DNA from: Saccostrea echinata
Lineage: Eukaryota
NCBI RefSeq assembly: GCF_033153115.1
Contig: NW_026889756.1
Span: 2,108,001 to 2,172,000 of the forward strand
Reading direction: 5' to 3'
DNA: 64,000 nt
Below the pieces are notes generated by a model. The model did no database searches, had not been told where the DNA came from, and saw nothing but the letters and a program-made list of their open reading frames with translations. Shown piece after piece: positions 1-13,019 of the stretch (position 1 is the stretch's first letter; each line of letters opens with the position of its first letter). The position numbers were made by a program, and so were the translations under genes.

Positions 1-760
1 CAAAGAGTTGATTAAGCTGTTTTGTGTTAATCTTCTGAGGAGAAAATACTGGCAATGAAACATTGACTTTTGGAGGTAAGCGTCTGAACTCTTCGTTTCT
101 GGATTTGTGTGCTAGGGAGAGATCATTAAATTCAAGAGTTTTCTGCAAATCAAGAACACGTTGTTTCATTTTGGAGGTAATTTGTGTGATGATATTTTCC
201 TGTTTATTTAAAATAGACATGTGTATAGTTTTCATGTCATCAATTTCAGACTTTTGTTTGTTTACAATTATGTCAATTTCTCTGTGCCAGGTTTCTCCTT
301 GTTTGTTAACGGCTATTTTCAATTTATGATAGAGATTATCCGACTTGTCTTTTTTGTTTTTAATGTCTAATGCAATATCTCCATATTTTGGATAAATTCT
401 ACACTCAAGTTCTATCAAGTCTCTTTTTATAGCTTTTGTCTTACAGCTAAGTTTCTGAAAAATATTTAATAAACAGTGTTCTCTATGTTTACCTGAGGAG
501 ATACACGTAGAACAGACAGGAATGTCACATTTCTCACAAAACAATTGACAATTTTTAAGATGGTTTTTGCATTTTGGATTGTTGGGAGTTCTTCTTTCTG
601 AATATGGCACGACTTTGTGTCCTTTGCTTGAAGCTGAAAGATGCTCCCTTACACAGGCTTTGCAGAGGTTGGTGTAACAAACTTCGCAATGACTTTGCAC
701 TACATCTCCCTCACAAAGGTCACACCTGATGATGTCTTGAGCACAATATCGGGGATCCAT
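1..760 (-). CDS. B-box/coiled-coil TRIM-like protein (bivalve expanded family), 5' part; ORF runs off the window start
   Basis: Manual translation from ATG 760: MDPRYCAQDIIRCDLCEGDVVQSHCEVCYTNLCKACVREHL...GHKVV...CKNHLKNCQLFCEKCDIPVCSTCISSGKHREH. Two B-box zinc fingers followed by a coiled-coil region, open to position 1. Polypyrimidine tract and AG acceptor at about 793-810. Confidence 0.85.
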   Translation of the reverse strand, partial: MDPRYCAQDIIRCDLCEGDVVQSHCEVCYTNLCKACVREHLSASSKGHKVVPYSERRTPNNPKCKNHLKNCQLFCEKCDIPVCSTCISSGKHREHCLLNIFQKLSCKTKAIKRDLIELECRIYPKYGDIALDIKNKKDKSDNLYHKLKIAVNKQGETWHREIDIIVNKQKSEIDDMKTIHMSILNKQENIITQITSKMKQRVLDLQKTLEFNDLSLAHKSRNEEFRRLPPKVNVSLPVFSPQKINTKQLNQLF

Positions 761-1001
761 CACTGATGTTTAGGCCATATGCTCAGTTTTTACTGAAATA
801 AGAAAAAAAGACGATAAAAAGTTGTTTAAATGTCTGTATTTATGATAAAATATTCATAAACTTACATGTATCACTGCCTGGCTGACACATTTTTTTTCTT
901 GGAAAGCAAACTATTTAAACTATAAGACACGGTTACTTAAAGGGTATTCAACCCATTTTTGAATAACTTTGAGATTTCATTAATTTTCAAAACATATATT
1001 T

Positions 1002-1240
1002 TCAAAGGTACATAAGGGAAGTTAACGACGGAAAAAAATAATGGATCCCATTTGTGAGTTTATTTTTTAGTTCGTCAGAATAATTAGATATCCAATAACA
1101 AAAAGATTTGAAGATTTTATGGTGTTTCTCCCCAAATTTACTAGGATGCATAGAGTCGACAATTAAACAAATGTAATTATTGTTAATTGATAAAACGTAG
1201 TCGATATATCTAAATATCGAATTGAAGACCACGTTAAAAC
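1002..1240 (-). mobile_element. Degenerate reverse-transcriptase fragment (Penelope-like retroelement relic)
   Basis: FNSIFRYIDYVLSINN matches the F-R-Y-I-D-D-V-L-S-I-N-N RT catalytic motif, with the second Asp mutated. Related copies occur at about 44.3 kb and 46.3 kb. Confidence 0.65.
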
Positions 1241-2999
1241 AATGATCTAGTAATTCACTTAAAGCACAAATAGTACCTTATTGACAATGAAAAGTCCATA
1301 ATATTTGGTCTCACCTGTAAATCTAACATGGCTAATGGAGAGCTGTGTGTACACTGATATTACATCTGCTTGTTTTGTGGTCATGAGATTTAGGTACTTG
1401 TACATTGGTTGATAGGATAAAATGACTTTTGTTGGTTTCAGCGTGCTACATTACAGATAAATGAGTATAAAGTCGTTGTAAACTATGTAGTATTTGACCA
1501 AATTATCTTTGCAGATATTAAAAAGCACCTTATCTGTAGGTATATTGTTTTATAAGTGGGCAAAAAGTGTCTTTATATGTAGTTGTGTAACAAGACTGTC
1601 TACACTTTTGATGATCTGTTAACTGTATTTTAGAGAAAGATCAATTATTATTGATATTTCCATCAATATAGCGACATATGAAAAACAAATAAATATGTAT
1701 TATAAGAGGATATGCATGATTTAAATAGGTATGATGTGCTTTTGTAAAATGTTCAAACAAATTGTTTTGAAAAATCCCTCTCTTTTGACAGTTATCTTAT
1801 GCAATTATATTCTTTGATTGTTTTTTTTTTGTTTCGTTAAAGATATANNNNNNNNNNNNNNNNNNNNNNNNNNNNNNNNNNNNNNNNNNNNNNNNNNNNN
1901 NNNNNNNNNNNNNNNNNNNNNNNNNNNNNNNNNNNNNNNNNNNNNNNNNNNNNNNNNNNNNNNNNNNNNNNNNNNNNCCATTCTGTGAGAGAAAGAACTA
2001 ATCGAGGGCCGTAGGCTTTTCTCCTACTGAAAACATGATTTCCTTTGTTCTGAAAATTAAATAAAAATGTACAAAATGACAGGTAGCACACAACCAATGA
2101 CAAGTTCATTGTTTACGGAATGGACAGTCACAGGTAAGCTAGTGATGCAGAGCAATTTGTTGAATAGCCATTGTGTTTCCAGATGCAAATAAAAAAAGGT
2201 CTTAAGAATGGACAGTTAAAGGTGGATTTTGTGGGATACTAGTATCTATACAAGTATGCGATGCTTCTATATCAGTTTACAGTTTGCGTTGTAAAGGCAT
2301 ACATGTTTACTTGTGATGGAGAGAGTATATGAAAGAATCAAAATCTAATAAACAAAAATATGCGCAAAATTAATGATATTTAGATCTGGAAACAGAAAAG
2401 TAAGAGTAAAAGAAATACTACCCAAATTTTGACCCAAAAATGAACTTCGACGACAGATACAGATGATCAAATTCGAATCAAACTTGGAAATGTTTTATTT
2501 GAATTCCATTTTTGAAAATATATTAGATGCAAATTCTTTTCTGAGTGTTGGATTAGCCATGAGCCAATCTTCGACCTGAAATGTTTTTCAAATGTTTCAT
2601 TTTTATTTATTTTCTACCGAAATATTAACTGCAGCAGTGTAGTGTTCATGGGGCAAACAGTTTTCTGGGTGGAGGATTTAATATTAGAAGTACTTCTATC
2701 TGAAGTCCTCGAGGGAATGATTTTTACGAAATTGTAATCAAATGTGAAATTGTGTCATTTGAATTCAAGTTTTGTGAAAATTAAGTTTTGAGTATTGAAA
2801 TAATGTGCATTACTCATAGATTTAAAAGAGTAAAATCGAGTGGATGCTGTGCAGATATTGTGTTCTGGATTAACTTTGATCTCCGCGTTCCTTTTGTTAT
2901 TTACATGTAAATTAAAAAGTATCTAATATATCTGTTTTTGTTTCCCTCTTGAACACATTCCAAAGTTTACCTGTAACTCTCCATTCTGTTTGTTTTAAC

Positions 3000-3064
3000 T
3001 GTCCATTCTTTTTGGAAAACTGTCCATTCTTAAAGAATGGACAGTTTTCCAAAAAGAATGGACA
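3000..3064. repeat. Perfect inverted repeat (about 32-bp arms) inside a GAATGGACA-rich non-autonomous element
   Basis: tgtccattctttttggaaaactgtccattctt-a-aagaatggacagttttccaaaaagaatggaca. The GAATGGACA motif recurs between about 2118 and 3123. Confidence 0.8.
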
Positions 3065-3172
3065 CTTACAGGTAACTTAATGGATTTGAAGAGTTAGCTC
3101 AACATTAATCTATAGAATGGACAACACAAACAAAAGGTTTACGTCACAATCATGTTTTAAATATAAATATAT

Positions 3173-4231
3173 ACGAGGGGGTATCAAAAAGTTCATCGAC
3201 TAGCGCCATAAAATTAAAACCGATTTAGGTACATCAATGAATTTTAAAATATTTATTAACATCATCTTTTCTATCTATAAATAATATACCACAAATCATA
3301 AATTTTATTTTTTAATAAATTAGTAATGTTTTTGTAAGCAATGGTATGTCCAGGCGGCGCAACTTCGAACATGACGTTTTTCGACTTGAGTGTTACTGAG
3401 AAAAACTCTTTTGTTATGAACATTTGATATTCAAAAATCCCATTAATTCAGGTAGAAGATGGGGCACTATTGTTCCGTACAATAAGCAATTTTTACCTAA
3501 TTCTGTAAGTTCTATGAAATTTTGTCGCAAATTTTGTCTGGAGTGTCCAAGCAATTAAGGGCTTGAAAATGACGTCAAAAAGGTGGAGGGTTTCTTTTTC
3601 CAACATTCTATAAAGTTTTGCCCCTGAAAAACCACGTACAGACCTAGGAAATGTTTAAACTGGATACAGAGAAATAATATGCATCCAGAGTACTTGTTTT
3701 AAAGCGAAAATAGAATCAGAGTGAAAAGGGATGCACAGTTAATGTCGATTTGTAGTCAAGGTGTGAAAAATCAGTCGAGAATCGCATCAAAGAATGACGT
3801 TAAGCATGTGTGGTAGATATTATAATCCAAAAGCAAAATATGCTGGCATAATCAAGCGAGGATCTCTCCCAATGTATAAATCCATTTGCAATATTATATG
3901 CATTGAAAGCAGATGTTCATGACATTATAAAGTAATATAAACAAGAAGGTTTTAAGTCCTTACTCAGCTTCAGGAAATCTCATCAGGATAAGTGTATGAG
4001 GTAGAAAAAGCGGACATTGAAAAACAATGACGTTGTCGGACGTCATGAAACTAAACGGCGACAGCGCCGGGTGATCATATAATGTCGTTTTTAATTTATA
4101 ATAATTTGGCAAGTAATGAACGTATCAAGCTAACATTTTCAACATTTCTTAATTTTTTGTTATTTTATGTTCCTTTTAAATTCTGAAAGCACAGACTACA
4201 CAGTACTAATTTTATCGCCTCTGTCCACGAA
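3173..4231. mobile_element. Probable non-autonomous mariner-like element; right end lost in the N gap
   Basis: Starts ta-CGAGGGGGTATCAAAAAGTT, a mariner-type terminus. Weak inverted similarity (tttatcgcctctgtccacga) just before the gap. No ORF. Confidence 0.4.
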
Positions 4232-4599
4232 NNNNNNNNNNNNNNNNNNNNNNNNNNNNNNNNNNNNNNNNNNNNNNNNNNNNNNNNNNNNNNNNNNNNN
4301 NNNNNNNNNNNNNNNNNNNNNNNNNNNNNNNNNNNNNNNNNNNNNNNNNNNNNNNNNNNNNNNNNNNNNNNNNNNNNNNAACGTCAAGGTCTTTCTTTAC
4401 CTTTGTCCATCAATGTACCCTTTTATCCTATTTCCCTTATTACAACATGACTTTACTGGTAAACAAACATCGAATGTTTGGAAAACTACATAGCCATCAG
4501 ATCAGGAAAGTCTCTAATACGATTTTTGGATCAATCTTTAATTATTTTTGAAGAATCTTAAAATTAAAATGAGAACTCGTATTCATATCTGAAGAGCAA

Positions 4600-4960
4600 A
4601 GGTAAAAGGTCAAGATAACTAAAAGATATCCATTTGATAAATACAGACCTCTTAAAACGCCAGAGGTGGGATCTGGTACCTAAGAGGAGTATGTATCCCC
4701 TGTCAACCGGTTGCATTCGCCGTGAGCCCAGTTTATTGATCAGGTGGACAGAGTTATCCTTAGTCAAATTTAGGATAAAAGCAATGACATAACATACGAT
4801 ATGAAATATGTCAGACACAATTCGACCCACGATAGGTTGTGTTTACAAACAAGGCCATTATAACGACCGTAGAATTTGCAAAAAGCTTACTTTAAACAGG
4901 GTTGTTGGAATCCCTGTAGCATCTACTTGTTTGTCAGTTACTTGATTTGGTTTTAAAAAT
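4600..4960 (-). mobile_element. 3'-portion relic of the same Penelope-like retroelement family
   Basis: Reverse strand reads ...gggatacatactcctcttaggtaccagatcccacctctgg..., similar to 46750-46800 (tactcttcctaggcatctgatgctatctctgg) downstream of an RT relic. Confidence 0.45.
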
Positions 4961-6395
4961 TATCATATTTAGAGTATCAAATGAGTTGGGAGGCATAAAC
5001 ATGTTATTATTATGAGGCAGTCTCTGTGGTGTCTTACATCTCGAGTTCACTCGGATGTATCAAGTCGACATATGAATGAAAGTAACTACATGTATTGTTA
5101 ATTCATGAAACATAGTCGATATGTTCTGCATGCATTGTTTGAAGCTACATGTACATTTTTATGAATTCAATGAAAAGTATAATCAAAGTAGTCTGTTTTC
5201 TGATTTGTGAGTGTGAAACGTGCACAGACAATTTAATTAATGATGAAAGTTTATCAGCAAAAAAAAATCAGTAAAAGGAATTCAAGTGAAGAATATGTAT
5301 CTACTGAAATTTAAATTTATTTTGTGCGTTAAAAACCAAATGCATGCAAAGGATTTTTGCGACCTCATAGTCTTACAACTTTCAAATCACAGTAACCATT
5401 GAAATCTTTTAAAATTAATGTATTATAGGATTAAACGTTCTTTTTTAAAAATTTATCGATTTGTAAACTCTTACCTTTAATACATGGATGCATAGGTTTA
5501 TAAGGTACGTGCACTTGCTCCTTGTGTAATTTTACTCATCATTAGAAGGATCTAAAATTGTTCTCTTGTTTGGGAACAGTTACAATACAAAATACCGTGA
5601 ATGCAATTTATACATTGATATAATTGTAATTAATAACAATGAAATGGCATATGACCATGTACGAAACAAACAATATAAGAGTTTCTGAAAAATTTTGAAA
5701 TAAATGTAAGCAGACTTTTTTTTACAATACTTTTCTGGAAATTGTCAAATAATTTGCAAAAGAAATAAATAAATAGATAAGTAAATAAATAAATAAATAA
5801 GTAAATAAATACATAAATAAATAAATAATTAACAAGGAAATTTTGAATGGATAGTTAACAAACAAAAACATTTCTGCATATAATATGGAAACAGAAAAAA
5901 ATATATTTACATTCACAGTTTGTATCTTTCTCTATACCACCTGTTTCAAAAGCTATCATATGTTAATCTATCCTGAAATGGTAAAATAAATATAATTACG
6001 TTTTGTTTATAATTGGAAAAAAATTGTGACACAAAATGTCAGAATGATTTTTATTCTTGAAAAAAAAAAATGCATTTATTGATAATATACAACACCTTTT
6101 TGGGGTTTTGGAAAATATTGCATTCTAAATAATTGATGGAAAATATTGCATTCTAAATAATTGATGGACAAAATATTTGACAATTATACAGATAAATAGA
6201 GCTGAAACGATATATGATTAAAAATCAATAAGTGTCTTTCTCTTCTAGTCAATTCCTTCCTTCTGTATTAAATTTGAATAAAAAATGTTACAATCTTATG
6301 GAGCTTGTTTAAGTAATTAAGTCACGATATTTATGCATATAGAAAAACATAAATACAAATAGACAAATCGTTATGACCCAAAATTTTAAACTTAA

Positions 6396-8429
6396 AGGGC
6401 ACATTTAATAAAAAAAATATTGTTTGATTAAAATATTTATCTGCTTATTGAAAATTCAGTCCTGAAAAAATCATGTTTATAAGATCTGTGGTTAAGCTAA
6501 AATTAATTAAAATGTCAAATGCTCAGTGAAAGTAACCTGAGCTCCGCAGTTTCCGCTGTTATCAGCTGCCTGACGTAAAGAATGTGAACAGATGCAGGGA
6601 CAGCCTCAATGTTGTTATACTGCATATATTGCATACATGTATAAATGAAAATGTCCTCTGATGCTCACAGTGAAACAAAAGGGGTAGAATTCGAAGATGT
6701 GGAGCAGGTGGGTGTTCAAGTACACATTTAGATAGAGTGTCCCTGCACTATTTTCTATTTAAAAAGGAATCACATCTTGTACCAAAGTGGACTGCCTTTG
6801 TTAGACTCAAGAGAAAATGGCCTGAGGGGTCTACTAGATATTCCAGGCTGTGTGAATTACATTTTGATGACTCTTGTTATGGGTGAATAAAAAAAATAAT
6901 GACCACCAAATTTTTTTTTTAAAATTCAACTAACCATAACATATATTTCTTAATTGTATATATGAAAGAAATTGGCTTTTTGATTGCTATTATATATGAT
7001 TTTTTTCAATTCTGGTTTGAAAAGTTTTAATATGAAAGAAATATAAAAAATAAATTCACCCAAAATTACTTTTTTGTCCATTTTTAAAGTCAATTCTTTA
7101 AATCTAAGCCAAAAAAAATTTGATATACAAGTGTTCTTACAAAAAATACTAGATTTTGAAGTTATCCTATGTAACATTATTGTGCTGTACTCCTGACATC
7201 TGATATGTATTTTATTCAACATTGTTTTGAAAATTATGATACAAGCAATAACTCAAAAAGTTTGCAAATCAGTTCATCATTGTGATATTTTGTATTATTT
7301 ATGGCACGTTTTTCATATTTTCAAGGCTTGAAAACATGATTATTTGCAATGTAATATATACATTGTATTTAAACATTTTTAAAAATATATGTTAACTGAT
7401 GAAAACTATTCTCCGAATAGACTGTAAAATGTCCAAACAATTTATCTGTACTTTGTTGATAGACATAATGATTTGAAAATCAAATAGTATAAAACATTTT
7501 CTGCAATATATTATTTAATAAAGATAGATGAAATTTATTGATAATTATAAACCAGTTTTATTACACCCCTGATTGCAGTAAAATTCAAAATTAAAACCAT
7601 ACAACATAAAAATGCATAAAATGTTGGCAACATAGAGTGGTAGCTAAATTGTCCAATACTACATAATTAAAGCACATGAAAGTATTTAAACTATAGGCTT
7701 TATATCTTGAATTATTCCCTTTTTATGTCAAAAAAAAAAAAACTAGCAAAAATTTATATTTTATAGAAGATAAAATATATTTTATGGCATATTTTCCTGC
7801 ACGGGGCAAACACTGAAAGCAATTGAGGTCAACCAGAATCATTCTACTCATCAATTTTTTCATTGTATTTATTCATATTTGATAAACGATAATTCTTATA
7901 TTTTTGTTGCACTTCTGACCAAGAGCACGGGAGTATTCAAAGTAAAATTGTGAAGCATAAATTAGATTAGAACTTGTTCTGCGTTTTAGTGAAGTTGAGG
8001 TGTAATACTTGAATTTTATAACAATTTTCCGCTTTAGGCTCATATTGGTATGGGAGAATACCAAGGGCAGTGTTTTCTGTCCCAATGGTATCAAAATCGG
8101 TATCATCATGGTCAGAAGAATCTTCACTAAGATCTTCTTTTTTGTCTCTCCTCTTCCATATCCAAATCAAACCAAATATCATTTTCTTTTAATATTTCAA
8201 TTTCATCTCTCGCGGACACATTTGTGACATTGCGCATTCCACAGCCGATAAGAGAGTTTTTGCTGCTTTAACTCTCGTGTGCTTCCGTGAGGAGGCAAAA
8301 AATGTCAAATTTAATTGTTTTTTATTAGCTTAACCACTGCAGATAAAGAGGTGTAGATTTTTCATGTGTTTATAGGTAAATTATCTTTATTGATTATAGT
8401 GAACAGAAAATATTTCACTAAAGGTGCCT
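6396..8429. mobile_element. Degenerate Kolobok-like DNA transposon
   Basis: TTAA flanks at 6392-6395 and 8430-8433. Imperfect TIRs AGGGCACATTTA / AGGCACCTTTA (reverse complement). THAP-like remnant CELHFDDSCY at about 6852-6880 (+). Acidic tract plus LPYQYEP at about 8030-8130 (-), resembling the second (KolX/P2X7-tail-like) ORF. Confidence 0.5.
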
Positions 8430-8915
8430 TTAACGCTGGAAAGTATGTATTTTGTACAACAAGAACAACAACATCAAAACAACCACAACAAGTTAATTCA
8501 GAGAGTATGTGTCCCCCACTAAAGAAAAAAAAAGAGTGGAAGAAATGGAAAAATTTTGCAAATGTAGAAAAAAGGTCAACCTTGACCATTCAGCTTTTGG
8601 CCTCAAGGGCACATGGATTTAAAGTTCAGTTTTTTTATCCTAATTTGCTTGCAAATTTGGGCGGGTGAGCAGACTTTATTTTTTATTTTCCATGTCTGAA
8701 AACATCTTACGATCTTCTTATACAAACTTTTCACATTGTAAATGCCAATATGGATATATAGATTTTGTTGTTTATTCCTTTAAATGTGTACAGAAGATTC
8801 TTTTTGTATAAAAAAATCATCACACGGTATTAATGATTTTATGAAATCGTAAGTCGTTTGTAAATGCCACACATAACTGCTTGTTTGAAATTGGGCGCGG
8901 ATCCAAATACTTATA

Positions 8916-10164
8916 CAGCATAGTGCCATAAATGAGTCAAATTTTTTAATGGCGTGCAATTATAAGCGCCGCTTCAAAACTTCGAAGTTACGTTGTAGAA
9001 AGAAAAACGATATCATATCGATTTTTTCATGATCAAAGGGAAGTAACGCTTACTGAGTTTTAATTTCCGGATTTTCGTTAGCGAATTTGATTTTGTTATT
9101 ACTCTACTTCCTTGTTTACGAAATGGCAAAACACGGCAATGAAATGTCAGACGACACTATCATAGGGTGCGTTCAGAGTTCTACCAGTAGTACCAACTTT
9201 CAATATACCAATGTTAATGTCAGAGGAGAACGGACACTTTCTCGCCTTGTTAAAAATTCGCGTAGGATAACTTTAAAGGATATAACGGCAGAATTCAACA
9301 ACAGTACACCGGTTAAAGTTTCTCGTCGCACAATACAAAGGACCCTTCACTCCATGGGCTATACAAGGCGATCTTTTCGGAAGTCTGTAGAAATTCGGGA
9401 CGTAAACAAAAAGAAACGCATAGCTTGGTGCAGAGGGAAGTTAGATTGGAATGCCAATAACCACTTGAAAAAGGTGATGTTTTCCGATGAAATGATGGTT
9501 ATTATTAAACCTGACGGAAAGTTTAAAGTATGGAGGAAGTCATCGGAAAAATGGAGACCTGAATGTTTGAGCCACTTTGCACCAATGTAGTCTGCTTTTA
9601 TTAAAATAATGGTATGGGGATGTATCACCTACTATGGGGTAGGAAGTTTAGCATTCATAAATGGAAATATGAACTCTCAGAAATATATCCAAACACTTGA
9701 TGACAATATTTGGCAGGTTGTTGTTGAACATTTTGGTAATAGTACATGGTACTTCCAAGATGACAATGCCCTATGTCATCGGTCCAATGAATCTTAAAAT
9801 TGGAAACATCAGAACAGAATTCACGGATAAGTTGGCCTTCGCAGTCTCCCGATTTGAGCCCAATCGAGAATATTTGGCTATTAATGAAAAACAAAATCAA
9901 AAACAGACTTTACCTGATCCATAATGTAAATGACTTGAAAACTCAGTTACTGAGGTCTTGGAATGAAATCCCTGTATTTTACATTCAAAGACTTTATGCA
10001 AGCCTTCCAAGAAGATGCAGAGAGGTACGGATCCAGAAAGGTGACATCACAAAATATTAGAAGGATTAGAGTTCATTAAAGAGGCTGGTAAGGAATTTAG
10101 GTTGAATTTATATGATTCAAATGGCAGCCATTAAAAAAGTTGACTCATTTATGGCACTATGTTG
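8916..10164 (+). mobile_element. Tc1-family transposon with inactivated DDE transposase
   Basis: TA target duplication (8914-8915, 10165-10166). 38-bp TIRs cagcatagtgccataaatgagtcaa.ttttttaatggc with 2 mismatches. Transposase motifs VSRRTIQRTL, VMFSDE, MVWGCI, FQDDNA, WPSQSPDLSPIENIW are split across ORFs 9087-9590, 9609-9797 and 9800-10060 by a stop and a frameshift. Confidence 0.95.
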
Positions 10165-11737
10165 TACAAATTGGTGCTTTAGTGTTATTCACCACTTCTC
10201 CTTTGGACTTTTTCTAAATATATATTTTTGTTTGACCAACAAATACTTGTGCTTTTTCTGAAAATTTCACAGATTTCCACTCTCCTTATGACGTCAAATT
10301 TTTCGTTCTTGACACGTTCGATATTGTCAAAATTTTACTCAGTACATTGGGTCTAATTAGCCTTTACTTAACAGTTTTAAACAGTTCTTATAGATTAACC
10401 ATGTAATATAAAATCCGCCGACAATTTTTATTATATGTTATAAGCTGCTCTCTTTACCTTTGCTCCTCCACATACTCCTGTGCTGTGCTAAAAATAGTGC
10501 CATGTTACTTTTAATATTAACGAGGAGTAACTCTAAAATTTTGACGTGATCGATGCCAACAAACTTCCAATTAACTTTTGATAACAAAAAAAAAAAAAAA
10601 ACCTAGACCAAAATTAAAAAATAAACAACAACAACGGGAAGGGACACTTTGAGAGGGTTGGGTGGGGCCATAGAGGGTTGTGGTATAAAATTTCATTGCA
10701 AAAGCTCAAAAGCTTCTCGAGATATTGTACGGAAAAGATATATGATTCCTCTAAGGATCCTGAATTTCACGCGGGAACAATGGAACTAGTATATACAACA
10801 GTAAATCTGAAAAAAAGTTGACCAAGGGATAAAAGGCTGACGAAATCCAAAATTCCTTGCTTTAAAAATATTAAAAAATCAATTACTTTTAAGTACATAA
10901 AAGTTTGTTTATCTAACAGTCTTGAATCAATATATTTACATTTTGTACAAGTCCTTTTTTTTAAATAAAAAAAAAACCCACACTTGATAAAGATGTAAGA
11001 TAACTGACTTAATAATTTCATTCCGAAACATTCCATACAAGGAAACAGAATACACTGTAAACTTGTCAAAGTATAACTCCAGATTAAGGACATACGCACC
11101 GTAGTTTGAACTTAATTGTCTTTTTCCCTGGAGTTGAAGAGTTCCAATACTTAAAGGAACTATGTACTACATTTTAATGATTATATATGCTGCTGTACAC
11201 TTCTTCTAAAACAAGTTTGGATAAACAAAACATCTACAATATATGTTTAGTAATTTTGTATATTTTTCTTTGAAATATACAAAAATGTTCATCAAATGAT
11301 ATCTTTTCAAAACCCCTGGTAATGCATTCTGACTTTTTGCCTACGTACATCTGATGACACTATAACCTTAAATTAAGAATATCTTGAAAAATTATCAGTA
11401 GGTAAGGTACTTTGTGTATGTCCTTGACATTTAACAGTAAGGTAAAGGGATTGTTTTATGGAGAGTTATTTACAAGAGAATTATGAAACACAAAATCAGT
11501 TATAAACATCTATACTTACTTAATTTTATTTATTATAATAATCACCAAGTTTATTTGTTATAAGTTAGATAATGTAATCCAAGGAAGTCCATTAATGGTT
11601 TACCTATGAACTATGATTTAATTTGGTTATCGCCCTTATAAATCTATCAATTAATTATTGCCCTTGTACAATATATGTTACATAGATTTTCAGTCCAATT
11701 ATCCAGCATCAACAAGAGATGGCAGAAATATTCTCAA

Positions 11738-13019
11738 TTTTTTGTCCCCTGCTTTCGCGAAAGCGAGGGGGCATCAAATCTCATTCGTCTATCAGTCTGT
11801 CCTCTGTCATTCTGTCTGTCACAAAAACTTTATCCTTGGTAATAACTTTTGATTGAGAAGAGATAGAGCTTTCATATTTGACATTCGATTTATCTGTGAC
11901 ACGACCTTTCCAAATATAGTTTGATTTTTGACTCCTTGACCTTGAAGTTTGACCTACTTTTCAATACTGTAAACATTACAGTAACTTTAAATTGGTCAAA
12001 AACAATCAAACTGTAAACATTACTTTAAATTGGTCATAAATGAATGCAAAAAGATAAGGCTTTCATACATATATGAACATTACCTGTAACAAGACCTTTC
12101 CAAATATACTTTGGTTTTTGACCGCGTGACCTTAATCTGGGAATTTGACCTACTTTTTAAAATTTTTATATTTGCTTATAACTTTTGATTGCGAAAAGAT
12201 AGAACTTTCATGTTTGACATGTACATTACCTGTGACAAAATGTTTCCGAGCATGCTATGATTTTTTACCCTTTGACTTCGACCTTCATGTTTGGTCTAAT
12301 TTTCAAAAGAATTTAACTTCGGTGTTTACTTTTGAATGACATATAAAAGGGCGTTCATATTTGACAAGTGCATTACCTGTGTCAAAATGTTTCCGAACGT
12401 GCTATGATATTTAAACCCGTGACCTTGACCTTCAAGTTTGACCTTATTTTCAAACATCTTATCAGTGTTGCTACCTTTTGAAGGAGCGAAGGGCATGCAT
12501 ATTTGACAAATGGATTACTTGTGACAAGCATTTCCAGATGTACTATGATTTTTAACCCCCATGACCTTGACTTTGAAGTTTGACCTAATTTTCAAAATTT
12601 TTAACATTGTTGATAACTTTTGATTGAGGGAAGATATGGTATTTAACATTGTTGATAACTTTTGATTGAAGGAAGATATGGTATTTACATTTGACATGTG
12701 CATCACCTGTTTCAGGACCTTTTCGATTGTATACTCTGGTTTTTGATATTTTCTTAACATGTGCATTTACTTGTGACAAGACCTTTTGGATCGAAATAAG
12801 ACATTTGACCTCATGACCTTGATCTTGAAAGTTGGTGTAGTTTTTAGAAGCTATAATCTTTGCCATAACTGTTATTACTTCAATTATTAATGTTTTTTTT
12901 TGTGTGATGCACAAAAAAGACAGGATACACAAAGAAGACAATTACAATATGCCATAAATAATTGCATTCCATCCACTAAGACACCGAAAGCGGGGGACCA
13001 CAATTTTTTGAATTTGTTT
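11738..13019 (-). mobile_element. Pearl/HINE-type (Helentron-associated) non-autonomous element with internal tandem repeats
   Basis: Terminal hairpin gtcccctgctttcgcgaaagcgaggggg, then a GTCT microsatellite, several degenerate repeats sharing gaccttgacc and tgacaagaccttt, and a subterminal inverted copy aaagcgggggac at about 12987. Confidence 0.7.

Noticed and set aside
1837-4493. ORFs containing X runs (also 32021-32314)
   Set aside because: Artefacts of N gaps at about 1848-1977, 4232-4379 and 32099-32252.
11850-12850. Regularly recurring motifs that could suggest a CRISPR array
   Set aside because: Whole units are degenerate tandem copies with no unique spacers, the context is eukaryotic, and the termini match a HINE/pearl element.
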